A stretch of DNA of 64,000 nt, taken from assembly GCA_963757295.1 (NCBI GenBank), contig CAVWQZ010000011.1, positions 36,899 through 100,898 of the forward strand, written 5' to 3'. This DNA is from an uncultured Actinomycetota bacterium. GTDB taxonomy: Bacteria; Actinomycetota; Actinomycetes; JACCUZ01. Positions 1 through 10,480 of this stretch are shown here, piece after piece. The notes under the pieces were generated by a model. That model was not told the origin of the DNA, searched no databases, and worked only from the letters and a program-made list of their open reading frames with translations. The first letter of the stretch is position 1. Every line of letters starts with the position of its first letter. The translations under genes were made by a program, and so were the position numbers.

Positions 1-814
1 ACGAAGACCGAGCGGCGCCCGGCGACCGACACCGTCCTGACCGGTGCGGTGGACCTGGCCCGGGCCGCTGCCGAGGAGCTGGCCGAGCCCGGCCACGTCG
101 GCGAGCATCAGGGCAGCGAGGCCGACGGCGAGCGTCTCGTCACCCACTACTTCGCGTGCCTCAACCCGGCCTACCGCGGCTGGCGCTGGGCCGTGACCGT
201 CACGCGCGTGTCCCGGAGCAAGACGGTGACCGTCGCCGAGGTCGTGCTGCTGCCCGGCTCCGACGCCCTGCTGGCCCCGGCCTGGGTGCCGTGGAGCGAG
301 CGGCTCAAGCCAGGTGACCTCGGCGTCGGCGACCTGCTGCCGACGCGCGCGGACGACGAGCGGCTGCTGCCGGGCTACACCTCGACGCGGCGAGGACGCC
401 GACGAGATCGCGGTGTGGGAGCTCGGTCTCGGCCGCGCCCGGGTGCTGTCGCCGATCGGTCGCGACGACGCCGTCGACCGGTGGTACTCCGGCGACCACG
501 GACCGACCGCGCCCATCGCGGAGGCGGCGCCGGCACACTGCGCGAGCTGCGGGTTCCTGACGTTGATGGCCGGCGCGATGCGACAGCTGTTCGGCGTCTG
601 CACCAACGAGTACTCCCCGAGCGACGGCCGCGTGGTCTCCTTCGACCACGGCTGCGGCGCGCACTCCGAGGTCGCGGTCATCCCCGGGCCGGTCGACACG
701 TCCGAACCGGTCGTGGACGAGATCGGCTTCGACCTGCTCGCCGTGCGACGCGCTGGACCATCGCTCGGCTCGGTCGACGACGCGGTTCCCGCCGAGGACC
801 TGGGCAACTCCTGA
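1..814 (+). CDS. DUF3027 domain protein (5' truncated by window, frameshift ~390)
   Basis: Motifs YRGWRWAVT and LLAPAWVPWSERL in frame 1; CASCGF...GVCTNEYSPSDGRVVSFDHGCGAHSE in frame 2. Confidence 0.85.
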
Positions 815-816
815 CG

Positions 817-3713
817 GTGAGCCCCGACCCGTTCGGGACGGCGTCGGTGCGCGAGCGCGTGCTGGCCGGCTGGGCCGCCTCGGCGGCACGGTTCCGCGAG
901 GACGCCAACGCCGAGGAGGACCTCGCACTCGGCGGCTACCGCGACCGGGTCGTCGTCGAGCTGGCCCAGAACGCCTCGGACGCCGCCCGCCGCGCCGGCA
1001 TCCCCGGGCGACTGCTGCTGCGACTGCAGGACGGCACGCTGTCGGCCTCGAACACCGGTGCTCCTCTCGACGCGGCCGGCGTCGAGTCGCTGTCGACGTT
1101 GCGGGCGTCCGCGAAACGTGACGACCGTGACGACGAGACCGTCGGGCGCTTCGGCGTCGGGTTCGCCGCCGTGCTCGCGGTGACCGACGAGCCGCGCGTC
1201 GCATCGACGAGCGGTGGAGTGCGCTGGTCGCTCGCCGACGCGCAGGCGGCTGTCCTCGCCGTACCGACTCTCGCCGACGAGCTCGCCCGCCGCGGTGGCC
1301 ACGTCCCGTTGCTCCGGCTGCCGTACGACGACGACAGCGCGCCCGAGCCCGGGTTCGACACCACGGTGGTGCTGCCCCTGCGCGACGCAGCCGCCGACCG
1401 ACCTCGCCCGCCGCCTGCTCGCCGAGGTGGACGACACGCTCCTGCTCGCGCTGCCGGGGCTGGCCGAGGTCGTCGTGGAGGTGGCCGGCTCCCACGACGG
1501 TGTTCGCCGGCGACGACCGCTGGCAGGTCGTACGTCGGGCCGGCCGCACCGATCCGCAGCTGCTCGCGGACCGCCCGGTCGAGGAGCGCGCCCTGTCGCA
1601 GTGGTCGGTGCTCTGGGCCCGGCCACTCGCCGGACAGGTTGTTCCGCCGACGCTGCACGCGCCGACGCCGACCGACGAGCCGCTCGACCTCCCGTGCCTG
1701 CTCATCGCGTCGTTCCCGCTCGACCCGTCGCGGCGGCACGTGGCCGCGGGTCCGTTGACCGACTTCCTGGTGACCGAGGCGGCGAGCGCGTACGCCGAGC
1801 TCGCTGTCGCGGCCGACGACCCGTTGTCGCTCGTGCCCGGTCCGGCACCCGTCGGCGCACTGGACGCCGCCCTGCGCCGCAGCATCGTCGACGCGATGGC
1901 GGCCGCGCCGCTGCTGGCGACCGGCGAGGGTGGGCGGCTGCGGCCGCGCGACGCGCTGGCCATCGTCGGAGTCGACGCGTACGACGAGCTCCTCGCCGTG
2001 CTGGCCGACGTGCTGCCCGGCCTGGTCGCGGACCACCGCGCTCTCGACCGGCTGGGGACGACCCGGCTCCCCCTCGCCGACGTCGTGGACCAGCTGGCCG
2101 AGCTGCGTCGTGACCCGTCCTGGTGGCGCGGGCTCTACGCCGCGCTGGCCGGCCGGGTGGCGGTCGGCGAGCGCGACGCCCTCGGCTCGCTGCCCGTGCC
2201 GTTGGCCGACGGTCGGCTGGTCCGCGGCCCCCGCGGCCTGCTGCTGTCCGGCGCGGCGCTGCCACCCGGCCTGGACGCCCTCGGCCTGCGGATCGTGCAT
2301 CCCGACGCGGCCTCCGACGTCCTGCTGCGACTCGGCTCGGTCGAGGCGACCCCGCGGACCGTGCTGGCCGACCCCGCCGTACGCGCTGCCGTGGACAACG
2401 CCGCGGACGCGCCCGACCCGGTCGCGCTCGCCAGCGCGGTGCTCGGCCTGGTCGAGGCCGCGGAGGTCGCGCCGGGCGAGCTGCCGTGGCTGGCCGCGCT
2501 GCCGTTGCCGGACGACGAAGGCGAGCTCGTCCCGGCCGGCGACCTGGTGCTGCCCGGCTCGGTCATGGCCGGGGTCATCGAGGACGGGTCACTGGGCCGG
2601 CCCGCGGCCGACGTCCTGGACCGGTGGGACCCGCAGGTGCTCGCGGCCGTTGGCGTGGTCGCCGACCTCACGGTGCTGACCGACGACGAGGTGACGCTCG
2701 ACGAGGAGGCCGATCACGACCTGCCCGACGAGCCCGACTGGGTCGACGACGTGCTGGCCGACCTCCCGCCGCAGGAGCTGCCGCCGGTGCTCACCGAGCT
2801 GCGGGCGGTCCGCGACCTCGACCTGGTCCGCGCCGACGCCTGGCCGCAGGTGCTGGCGGTGCTGGCCGGCGACCCCGCGTTGCGGGCCGCCGTCGTCGAG
2901 CCGGCCCGGGCCATGCTGGCCGACGGTCGACGGGTCGACATCACGTCGTACACCGCGTGGTGGCTCCGTCGGCACGCGCGCCTGCACGGCCGCCCGCCCG
3001 GCTCGTGCGTCGCCGCCGGCACGACCGAGCTCACCGGCCTGTACGACGTGGTCGACTCCGATCTCGACCCTGCGTTCCTCACCGCGATCGGGGTGCGGAC
3101 CACGTTGACGGCGCTGCTGGCGGAGCCGGACGGCCCGGACGACCTGCTGGACCGGCTCGCCGATGCCGACCGGGAGGTGGGACCGGACCAGCTGCGCAAC
3201 CTCTACGTCGCGCTGTCCGCGCTGGACCCCGATCGGGTGTCGCCACCGGAGTGGGTGCGCGTCGGCCCGACGACGGTGGTGGGCGCCGACGAGGCGGTCG
3301 TCATCGACAACCCCGCGCACCTGCAGCTGGTGTGGTCGCCGGCTCCGCTCGTCGTACCGCTGTCCGTCGCCGCCGGGCTGGCTGACGTGCTCGACCTGCC
3401 GACCAGCACCGCGCGGCTCTCGGGAACCGCGGCCGCCGGCGGGTCGACGCAGTCGGTGCCGACGGAGGTCGGTCGCGTGCTCGCCGACGCGCCACGGTCG
3501 TGGCACGAGCACGACCAGCTCACCGTCGGTGGCACCGACGTCGACTGGTGGGTCAACCCGGACGGCGAGGTGCATGCCGCCACGATGGACGGCCTGGCCC
3601 GCGGCCTGGCCTGGTCGGCCGGCCGCTGGGACCAGCGGCAGGACGTTGCTGCCGTGCTTGCCGATCCGAGTCGCGCCGAGCACGTGCTCGCCGAGCGAGA
3701 CCTCGAGAGCTAG
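817..3713 (+). CDS. Sacsin N-terminal-like GHKL ATPase domain protein (frameshifts ~1400-1500)
   Basis: GTG at 817; motifs ELAQNASDA, SNTGAPL and GRFGVGF; continues into ORF 1500-3713. Confidence 0.8.
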
Positions 3714-3728
3714 CCGGTCGAGCCGGGG

Positions 3729-4328
3729 CTAGTGGGTGTGCTCCCCGTGGTGGTCGTCGACGACCTCGCCGTGATGGTCGTCGACGACCTCGCCGTGGTG
3801 GTCGTGCGCATGGTCGCCGGCCGCGGTCGCCGCCATCGCCGGTGTGGCGAGCGCGGAGACGGCCAGGGCACCGGCGGCCAGCAGGGCGAGTCCCCGCGCG
3901 GAGGTCGCGGACCGGCGTTGGTCGGCCTCGACCGGTGTGCGCGCGGCTCGTGGCATCGCCACGAGGACGCAGCCGATCACGGCGGCCTCGAGCACGACGC
4001 ACAGCACGTCTGCGACGCCGACCGGTTCCGGGACCGCCGTGAGCGGGTTGAGGGAGAGGCCCACGGTCCGCGACATGGCCCACGCCGCGATGAAGCCCAG
4101 CGTGATCACTGCGGTGGCCCGGGGGGCCGGAACGGTGTCGCGGCTCAGGGCCCACAGCGCCCAGCCGACCTGAGCCAGACCGACGACGACGAACGAGACG
4201 CCGAGGAACGGCACCTCGGCGAGATGCTCGCGGACGACCGCGATGTGGATGAGCCCGGCGCCGAGCGAGGCGAACCCCGCCCAGCACCGAGCCACATCCG
4301 TGCGGTCGAGACCGCGTGTGTTGCTCAC
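3729..4328 (-). CDS. Membrane protein with His/Asp-rich C-terminal repeat
   Basis: About 5 hydrophobic segments; AGLIHIAVVREH motif; tail DHHGEVVDDHHGEVVDDHHGEHTH. Confidence 0.7.
   Translation of the reverse strand: MSNTRGLDRTDVARCWAGFASLGAGLIHIAVVREHLAEVPFLGVSFVVVGLAQVGWALWALSRDTVPAPRATAVITLGFIAAWAMSRTVGLSLNPLTAVPEPVGVADVLCVVLEAAVIGCVLVAMPRAARTPVEADQRRSATSARGLALLAAGALAVSALATPAMAATAAGDHAHDHHGEVVDDHHGEVVDDHHGEHTH
3742..3805 (-). repeat. 24-bp tandem repeat encoding DHHGEVVD
   Basis: cgacgacctcgccgtg(a/g)tggtcgt repeated about 2.5 times. Confidence 0.8.
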
Positions 4329-4781
4329 TCAGACGCCCGGGACGCCGGGGGCGTCGCCGCGAACGTTCTTGTCCTGCGAGAGACCGACGCCGAGCAGAAG
4401 CAGGGCGCTGGCGAGGTGCAGCACGTTGTCGGCGCCGTTGAGCGCCAGGACGTTCACGTCGCTGTCGAGGATGAAGAGGCCGACGATGCCGAGGAGCAGG
4501 TAGACCGCCCCGACCAGGACGTTGGCGCCCTTGGCGGCCGAGATCGACTTCATCGCCGCGAAGAGCAGCAGTGCGCCGATCGCGAGGTGGGCGATGTTGT
4601 GCAGCGGGTTCACGTCGAAGATGATCAGCGGCTCACCCTCGGTCGCCGCGAAGTCCACGTCAGTGGTGACGAAGAACCCCAGGATCCCGACGAGCAGGTA
4701 GACGACGCCGAAGACGGCGCCGACCAGCCTGTTGGGGGAGTCCTGAAGTCGGCCGGTCGTGCTGCGCGTGGTTGAGCTCAT
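4329..4781 (-). CDS. DUF4383 membrane protein
   Basis: FDVNPLHNIAHLAIG and NGADNVLHL motifs; 4 TM segments. Confidence 0.85.
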   Translation of the reverse strand: MSSTTRSTTGRLQDSPNRLVGAVFGVVYLLVGILGFFVTTDVDFAATEGEPLIIFDVNPLHNIAHLAIGALLLFAAMKSISAAKGANVLVGAVYLLLGIVGLFILDSDVNVLALNGADNVLHLASALLLLGVGLSQDKNVRGDAPGVPGV

Positions 4782-4829
4782 GTGCGTGTCCTTTCTGGGC
4801 CACCGAATGTGGCGGTTCGACACCCGTCC

Positions 4830-4856
4830 TTCGGTGCAGGGCAGTGCCCCGGATGG
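4830..4856 (-). promoter_or_regulatory. Putative SigK-like ECF promoter
   Basis: Minus strand reads CCATCC-N16-CCGAA, 50 bp upstream of the DUF4383 start. Confidence 0.55.
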
Positions 4857-4883
4857 GTCGTGCGTTGTGAAGCGACCCGCGAC

Positions 4884-5156
4884 CTACCCGTCGCTCCTGG
4901 GCCCAACCTCGTCAAACTTCGACAACCCGCGCCGGATCGCGGCCCGGCGCCGCCGCACGTAGCGGACGCCGATCAGGCCCAGGAAGGTGCCGGCCAGGAA
5001 GATCCAGATCCAGTTCTCGTTCCCGCCGTCGGCCAGGCGGTCATGGAAGATCAGGGACGCGACCAGGGCGACCGCCCACAGAACGGTGCCAACCGTCACG
5101 ATCGCGACGTCGTCGGCCTCCAGGGGCTCGGGATCAGGTCGGCGCGGCGTCGGCAT
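4884..5156 (-). CDS. DUF2530 membrane protein
   Basis: PEPLEADDVAIVTVGTVLW...WIWIFLAG followed by an Arg-rich tail. Confidence 0.8.
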   Translation of the reverse strand: MPTPRRPDPEPLEADDVAIVTVGTVLWAVALVASLIFHDRLADGGNENWIWIFLAGTFLGLIGVRYVRRRRAAIRRGLSKFDEVGPRSDG

Positions 5157-5242
5157 GGGCACAGGCTATGTCTGGCACCCTGCTGTCCGGGCGATTCCCC
5201 GCGCCGCACGTGACCTGATGCCGCACCCACCTGCGAGGGACC

Positions 5243-6755
5243 ATGTCCGGAACGAACACCACGTCGATCAGCGGCGAGCGGGACACCCCCCGCCGCCCCA
5301 CGAATGGCCTGGACCGCTTCTTCGCGATCTCGGAGCGGGGCTCGACGGTCTCGCGGGAGGTCCGCGGTGGGCTCGTGACGTTCTTCACGATGGCCTACAT
5401 CATCGTGCTGAACCCGCTGATCATCGGGACCGTTCCGGACGCGGACGGCAACTTCCTCGGTGGCGGCGCCGCCCCGAACCTCGCGATGGTTGCTGTCGGC
5501 GACGGCTCTCGTCGCCGGTGTGCTGACCATCCTGATGGGGGTGTTCGCCAACTTCCCGCTGGCCCTGGCCACCGGGCTGGGACTCAACGCCTTCGTGGCG
5601 TTCTCCATCGCCTCCGAGATGAGCTGGGCGGACGCGATGGGCCTCGTCGTCATCGAGGGCTTGATCATCCTCGGGCTGGTGCTGACCGGGTTCCGGGTGG
5701 CCGTGTTCCGAGCCGTGCCGTCGGCGTTGAAGATCGCGATCAGCGTCGGCATCGGACTGTTCATCGCCTTCATCGGGCTCGTCGACGGCGGCATCGTGCG
5801 CCGCAACCCCGACGCCGCGGGCACGCCGGTCCCGGTCGGCTTCGGCGTCGGCGGGGAGCTGCAGGGCTGGCCCACGTTCGTGTTCGTGGTCGGCCTGCTC
5901 GCGATGATCATCATGATCGTCCTGCGGGTGAAGGGCGCCATCCTGATCGGCATCGTCGGCGGGACGATCCTGGCCATCATCATCGAGACGATCGCGGACA
6001 TCGGGCCGTCGTTCACGCCACCCGACCAGGTCAACCCGCACGGCTGGGGTCTCAACGTGCCCGCCATCCCGGACGACTGGTTCGAGACTCCCGACTTCGG
6101 CCTGCTCGGCAACTTCAGCCTGCTCGGGTCGTGGGACCGCGTCGGCTTCATCGCGGCCGCGCTCTTCGTCTTCACCCTGCTGCTCGCCGACTTCTTCGAC
6201 ACGATGGGCACGATGACGGCCATCGGCGCCGAGGCCGGGCTGCTCGACAAGGAAGGCATGCCGCCGAACACGCAGCGGATCCTGATCGTCGACTCGGTTG
6301 CGGCTGCTGCCGGCGGTGCGGCCAGCGTGTCCAGCAACACGTCGTACATCGAGTCCGCCGCGGGCGTCGGTGAAGGCGCGCGCACGGGGCTCGCGAGCGT
6401 GGTCACCGGTGTGCTGTTCCTGCTCGCGACGTTCTTCGCGCCGATCGTCGAGGTCATCCCCTACGAGGCGGCGACACCGGCGCTGGTCATCGTCGGCTTC
6501 CTGATGATGATGCAGATCCGCGGCATCGACTGGGACGACTACGAGGTCGCGATCCCGGCGTTCCTCACCATCATCCTGATGCCGTTCGCCTTCTCGATCA
6601 CCGTCGGCATCGGTGCCGGGTTCGTGACCTACGCGCTGATCAAGCTGGTGCGAGGCAAGGCGGCGCAGGTGCACCCGTTGCTGTGGATCGTGGCTGCGCT
6701 GTTCGTCATCTACTTCGCGCTGGACCCGATCCAGCAGCTCCTCGGCGTCGAGTAG
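5243..6755 (+). CDS. NCS2/AzgA family purine permease (frameshift ~5495)
   Basis: REVRGGLVTFFTMAYIIVLNP, DFFDTMGT and YIESAAGVGEGARTGL motifs. Confidence 0.9.
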
Positions 6756-6774
6756 CCGCTGGCGACCGCCCGAG

Positions 6775-7911
6775 TCACCGCGGCGCGTCGGCGCGCTCCG
6801 GGCTCATCCGGCGCGCGGCGGCGATGCGGCGACGGCAGCGAAGCTCGAGCATCACGACGGCGAGGCCGAAGAACCGGAACGCCTTGTTCGTCGTCTGCTT
6901 GGCCAGATAGCGCTTGTAGACCTGCTGGGCGATGACGGCGACGCGGAAGAGGCCGAACACCTCGTACCAGGCCCACTCCCGGTTCGTGACCCGCTCCCCG
7001 GACCGCCGGCTGTAGTAGGCGACGACCTCCTCGCGGGTCATCATCCCGGGCAGGTGCGTGGGCTGGCGCCGGAACGCATTCATCAGGACGCCGTCGTCGG
7101 CCTGGATCCAGTAGCCGAGGGAGTTGGCGAGATCCATCAGCGGGTCGCCGACGGTGGCGAGCTCCCAGTCCAGCAGGCCCACCGGGCGGGTCGGATCGTC
7201 GGGGTCGAGCACGACGTTGTCGAAGCGGAAGTCGTTGTGCACCAACGTGTGCGTGCGGTCGGCGGGCTGGTTGTCTGCCAGCCACGCCATGACCTTCTCG
7301 AAGCTGCCGACGTTCCAGGTCCTGGCCGCGCGGTAGCGCTCCGACCAGCCCTCGACCTGCCGTCGGACGTAGCCGGGGCCCTTGCCCAGGTCGGCGAGCC
7401 CCGTGCTCTGCAGGTCCACCGAGTGCAGCTCGACCAGAACGTCGATCACGTTCTGGCACAGGGCGGCGACCTGTTCGCGGGACAGCTGCACGTCGCGCGG
7501 CAGCTCCTTGCGCGGGATCGGCCCGACGAGGCGCTCCATGACGTAGAACGGCGTGCCGATGACGGAAGCGTCGTCGCAGAGGGCGACGGTGCGCGGCACG
7601 TAGGGAAGGACGCGACCCAGCGCGGTCTGGATGCGGTGCTCGCGGCCCATGTCGTGCGCGCCCTTGGAGTGCGCTCCCTTCGGCGGGCGGCGCAGGATCA
7701 GGTCACCGTCGGGGTAGCGCAACACGTAGGTCAGGTTGGACACCCCGCCGGAGAACTGGCGCACCTCGGGGACGGCGGACAGGTCGACGCCGGCGCGCCC
7801 GGACTCGGCGTTCGCGGCGAGCCAGGCCGCCATCGCCGCGACGTCGAACGCGTCCTCGGCCCGAACCGCGCGGGCGCCGGTGCTGTCCGTTGCCGGACTG
7901 GGGGAGGTCAC
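6775..7911 (-). CDS. Phosphotransferase (APH-like, ACAD10/11-associated)
   Basis: GGVSNLTY, LRRPP, HNDFRFDN and LDWE motifs. Confidence 0.9.
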   Translation of the reverse strand: MTSPSPATDSTGARAVRAEDAFDVAAMAAWLAANAESGRAGVDLSAVPEVRQFSGGVSNLTYVLRYPDGDLILRRPPKGAHSKGAHDMGREHRIQTALGRVLPYVPRTVALCDDASVIGTPFYVMERLVGPIPRKELPRDVQLSREQVAALCQNVIDVLVELHSVDLQSTGLADLGKGPGYVRRQVEGWSERYRAARTWNVGSFEKVMAWLADNQPADRTHTLVHNDFRFDNVVLDPDDPTRPVGLLDWELATVGDPLMDLANSLGYWIQADDGVLMNAFRRQPTHLPGMMTREEVVAYYSRRSGERVTNREWAWYEVFGLFRVAVIAQQVYKRYLAKQTTNKAFRFFGLAVVMLELRCRRRIAAARRMSPERADAPR

Positions 7912-7928
7912 GGTGCGCGTGCCGTTCC

Positions 7929-8708
7929 TCAGGTGAGCTTGCGGACGATCCGCAGCGGAAGCACCTTCATGGCGAAGCCGATCGGGACCCACGGCCACGC
8001 CGGAACGTAGGCCTTGGCCCGGCGCTTCTCGATGGCGTCGACCATGCTGCGCACGCCGGTCTCGGTGTCCACCATGAACCGGGTCGTCGACTGCTGGACG
8101 CGCTCGTTCATCTCCGACCGGATGTAGCCGGGGTAGATCACCGACACGTCGAGTCCGGGGATGTTCTCCGACCGCACACCCTCGGCCAGCGCCGCGACGC
8201 CGGCCTTCGTCGCGGCGTACGTGGTCATCGACTTGCGCATGCCGCGCAGTGCGGACATCGAGGAGATCAGCACCAGGTGTCCACGGCCCTGGCGGCGGAA
8301 GATCTCCAGGGCGGCCTCCATCTGGGCCAGCGCGCCGACGAAGTTCGTCATCGCCGTCGCCCGGTTGGCGTCGGCTCGGCCCGTGCCGAGCGGCGCGCCC
8401 TTGCCGATGCCGGCATTCACCACGATCCGGTCGATGCCGCCGAACACGTCGGCGAACCGTTGGAACACCACCGGGACGGCCTCGGCGTCGGTGACGTCCA
8501 GCGCGGCTGTCTCGACCCGGCGGCCCGTGCGAGAGCGGATCTCCTCGGCAAGCGACTCGAGCCGGTCGGTGCGGCGCGCGCACAGCGCGAGGTCGTAGCC
8601 CAGCGCGGCGAACTGCCTCGCCATCTCCTCGCCGAGTCCGGAGCTCGCGCCGGTGATGAGGACGACGCCCTTGCCCATGCCCGGCTCCGGTCGGCTCGCG
8701 GCGGTCAT
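7929..8708 (-). CDS. SDR family oxidoreductase
   Basis: TGASSGLG, NAG and YAATK motifs. Confidence 0.9.
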   Translation of the reverse strand: MTAASRPEPGMGKGVVLITGASSGLGEEMARQFAALGYDLALCARRTDRLESLAEEIRSRTGRRVETAALDVTDAEAVPVVFQRFADVFGGIDRIVVNAGIGKGAPLGTGRADANRATAMTNFVGALAQMEAALEIFRRQGRGHLVLISSMSALRGMRKSMTTYAATKAGVAALAEGVRSENIPGLDVSVIYPGYIRSEMNERVQQSTTRFMVDTETGVRSMVDAIEKRRAKAYVPAWPWVPIGFAMKVLPLRIVRKLT

Positions 8709-9964
8709 CGGGTCGCCCCGTGCTTGCCGAGCTCGATGCGGGCGACCAGGCCCTTGTGCACCTCGTCCGGGCCGTCGGCGATGCGGACCGCCCGAGCGGC
8801 GGTCCATGCGCCGGACAGCGGGAAGTCGCTGGAGAGCCCGGCGCCGCCGTGGATCTGGATCGCGAAGTCGATGACCTGCTGGGCGACGTTCGGCGCTGCG
8901 ACCTTGATCTGGCTGATCTCCGACAACGCCTCCAGCGGGCCGACCGTGTCGAGCTTCCACGCCGCGTGCAGGATCAGCAGGCGAGTTGCCTCGATCGCGA
9001 TGCGCGCGTCCGCGATGCGTTCGCGGTTGCCGCCGAGATTGACCAGCGGCTTGCCGAACGCGGTGCGCGACAGGCCGCGCTCGCAGGCCAGGTGCAGGGC
9101 GCGCTCGGCCAGGCCGATCATGCGCATCGCGTGGTGGACCCGCCCCGGTCCGAGGCGGCCCTGGGCGATCTCGAAGGCGCGACCGGGGCCGGCGATCACG
9201 TTTCCCAGCGGCACCCGGACGTCGGTGAAGGAGACCTCGCCGTGGCCGAACGGCTCGTCGAAGAACCCCATCGTGTCCAGCATCCGCTCGACCTTCACTC
9301 CCGCGGCGTCGCGCGGGACGAGGACCATCGTGTGCTGGGCATAGCGGTGCGCGTCCGCGTCGGTCAGCCCCATCACGATCAGGACCTCGCAGTCGGGGTG
9401 CCCGACGCCGGTGGTCCACCACTTCCGGCCGTTGAGCACGACCTCGTCGCCGTCGACGACCGCGGTCAGCGCCATGTTCGTCGCGTCCGAGGACGCCACG
9501 TCGGGCTCGGTCATGGCGAAGGCGCTGCGGATCCGCCCGTCGAGGAGCGGGTCGAGCCAGCGGTCCTTCTGCTCCTGCGAGCCGTAGCGCAGCAGCACCT
9601 CGGCGTTGCCGCTGTCGGGGGCGTTGCAGTTGAAGACGTACGGCGCCAGGAACGACCACCCGGTCGCCTCGGCCACGGGTGCGTAGTCCACGTTGGTCAG
9701 CCCCGCGCCGCCGCGGGTGCCGTAGCGCTCGGCGTACGGCCCCTCGTGCCCGGCGGGGAGGAACAGGTTCCACAGGCCTTGTGCCCGTGCCTTGCGCTGC
9801 AGCTCACGGACCTCATCAGGCACCTGCCAGAGGTCCGCACCCGACCGGCGGGCATCGGCGGTGCGCCGGTGCAGCTCGTCCTCGACCGGCGCGATCTCGT
9901 CCCGGATGAACGTGCGTACGGCGTCGGTCAGCTCGGCCGCCCGCGGGGAGGGACTGAAATCCAT
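8705..9964 (-). CDS. Acyl-CoA dehydrogenase
   Basis: CNAPDSGN, AMTEPDVASSDATN, RLGPGR and DGPDEVH motifs. Confidence 0.92.
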   Translation of the reverse strand: MDFSPSPRAAELTDAVRTFIRDEIAPVEDELHRRTADARRSGADLWQVPDEVRELQRKARAQGLWNLFLPAGHEGPYAERYGTRGGAGLTNVDYAPVAEATGWSFLAPYVFNCNAPDSGNAEVLLRYGSQEQKDRWLDPLLDGRIRSAFAMTEPDVASSDATNMALTAVVDGDEVVLNGRKWWTTGVGHPDCEVLIVMGLTDADAHRYAQHTMVLVPRDAAGVKVERMLDTMGFFDEPFGHGEVSFTDVRVPLGNVIAGPGRAFEIAQGRLGPGRVHHAMRMIGLAERALHLACERGLSRTAFGKPLVNLGGNRERIADARIAIEATRLLILHAAWKLDTVGPLEALSEISQIKVAAPNVAQQVIDFAIQIHGGAGLSSDFPLSGAWTAARAVRIADGPDEVHKGLVARIELGKHGATR

Positions 9965-10015
9965 GCCCCGACGATAGAAGGGGCGCGCTCGACCGGAATG
10001 CGAGACGGGGGATAG

Positions 10016-10047
10016 TCGTTAGCATAGGTAATGAGTTATGCTAACGA
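10016..10047. promoter_or_regulatory. Probable MarR operator
   Basis: Perfect inverted repeat TCGTTAGCATA-N10-TATGCTAACGA immediately before ATG 10049. Confidence 0.7.
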
Positions 10048-10048
10048 T

Positions 10049-10480
10049 ATGCCGACGATGACCCGCACCGCCGAGCTCGCCAGCGAGCTCCGGGTCGCGG
10101 TCATGCGCCTCGCCCGCCGGCTGCGCACCGAGCGCCCTGACACGGGCCTGAGCCTCACCCAGATCGCCACGCTCGGCACCATCGACCGCCACGGGTCGCT
10201 CACGCCGCGCGAGATCGCCGAGCACGAGCGGGTGCAGCCGCCGTCCATGACCCGCGTGCTGGCCGGTCTCGAGCAGCTCGGCCTCATCGTGCGCACCCCG
10301 CACGACCGCGACGGCCGCCAGCACCTCGTGTCGCTGACCAAGGCGGCCCAGGACCTGCTGCGCGAGGACAAGCGCCGCCGCGAGGCCTGGCTGGCCCAGC
10401 GGCTGGCCGAGCTGACCGTCGAGGAACGCGAGCTGCTCGCCGCGGCCGCGCCCATCATCGATCGGATCACCCGCACGTGA
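10049..10480 (+). CDS. MarR family regulator
   Basis: RLARRLR...ERVQPPSMTR...PHDRDGR winged-HTH pattern. Confidence 0.9.
   Translation: MPTMTRTAELASELRVAVMRLARRLRTERPDTGLSLTQIATLGTIDRHGSLTPREIAEHERVQPPSMTRVLAGLEQLGLIVRTPHDRDGRQHLVSLTKAAQDLLREDKRRREAWLAQRLAELTVEERELLAAAAPIIDRITRT

Noticed and set aside
3742-3805. Short direct repeats as a CRISPR array
   Set aside because: The repeats are contiguous, in frame and coding, with no spacers; no cas genes are in the window.
5157-5243. Purine riboswitch upstream of the NCS2 permease
   Set aside because: The intergenic region is short and has no recognisable aptamer core.
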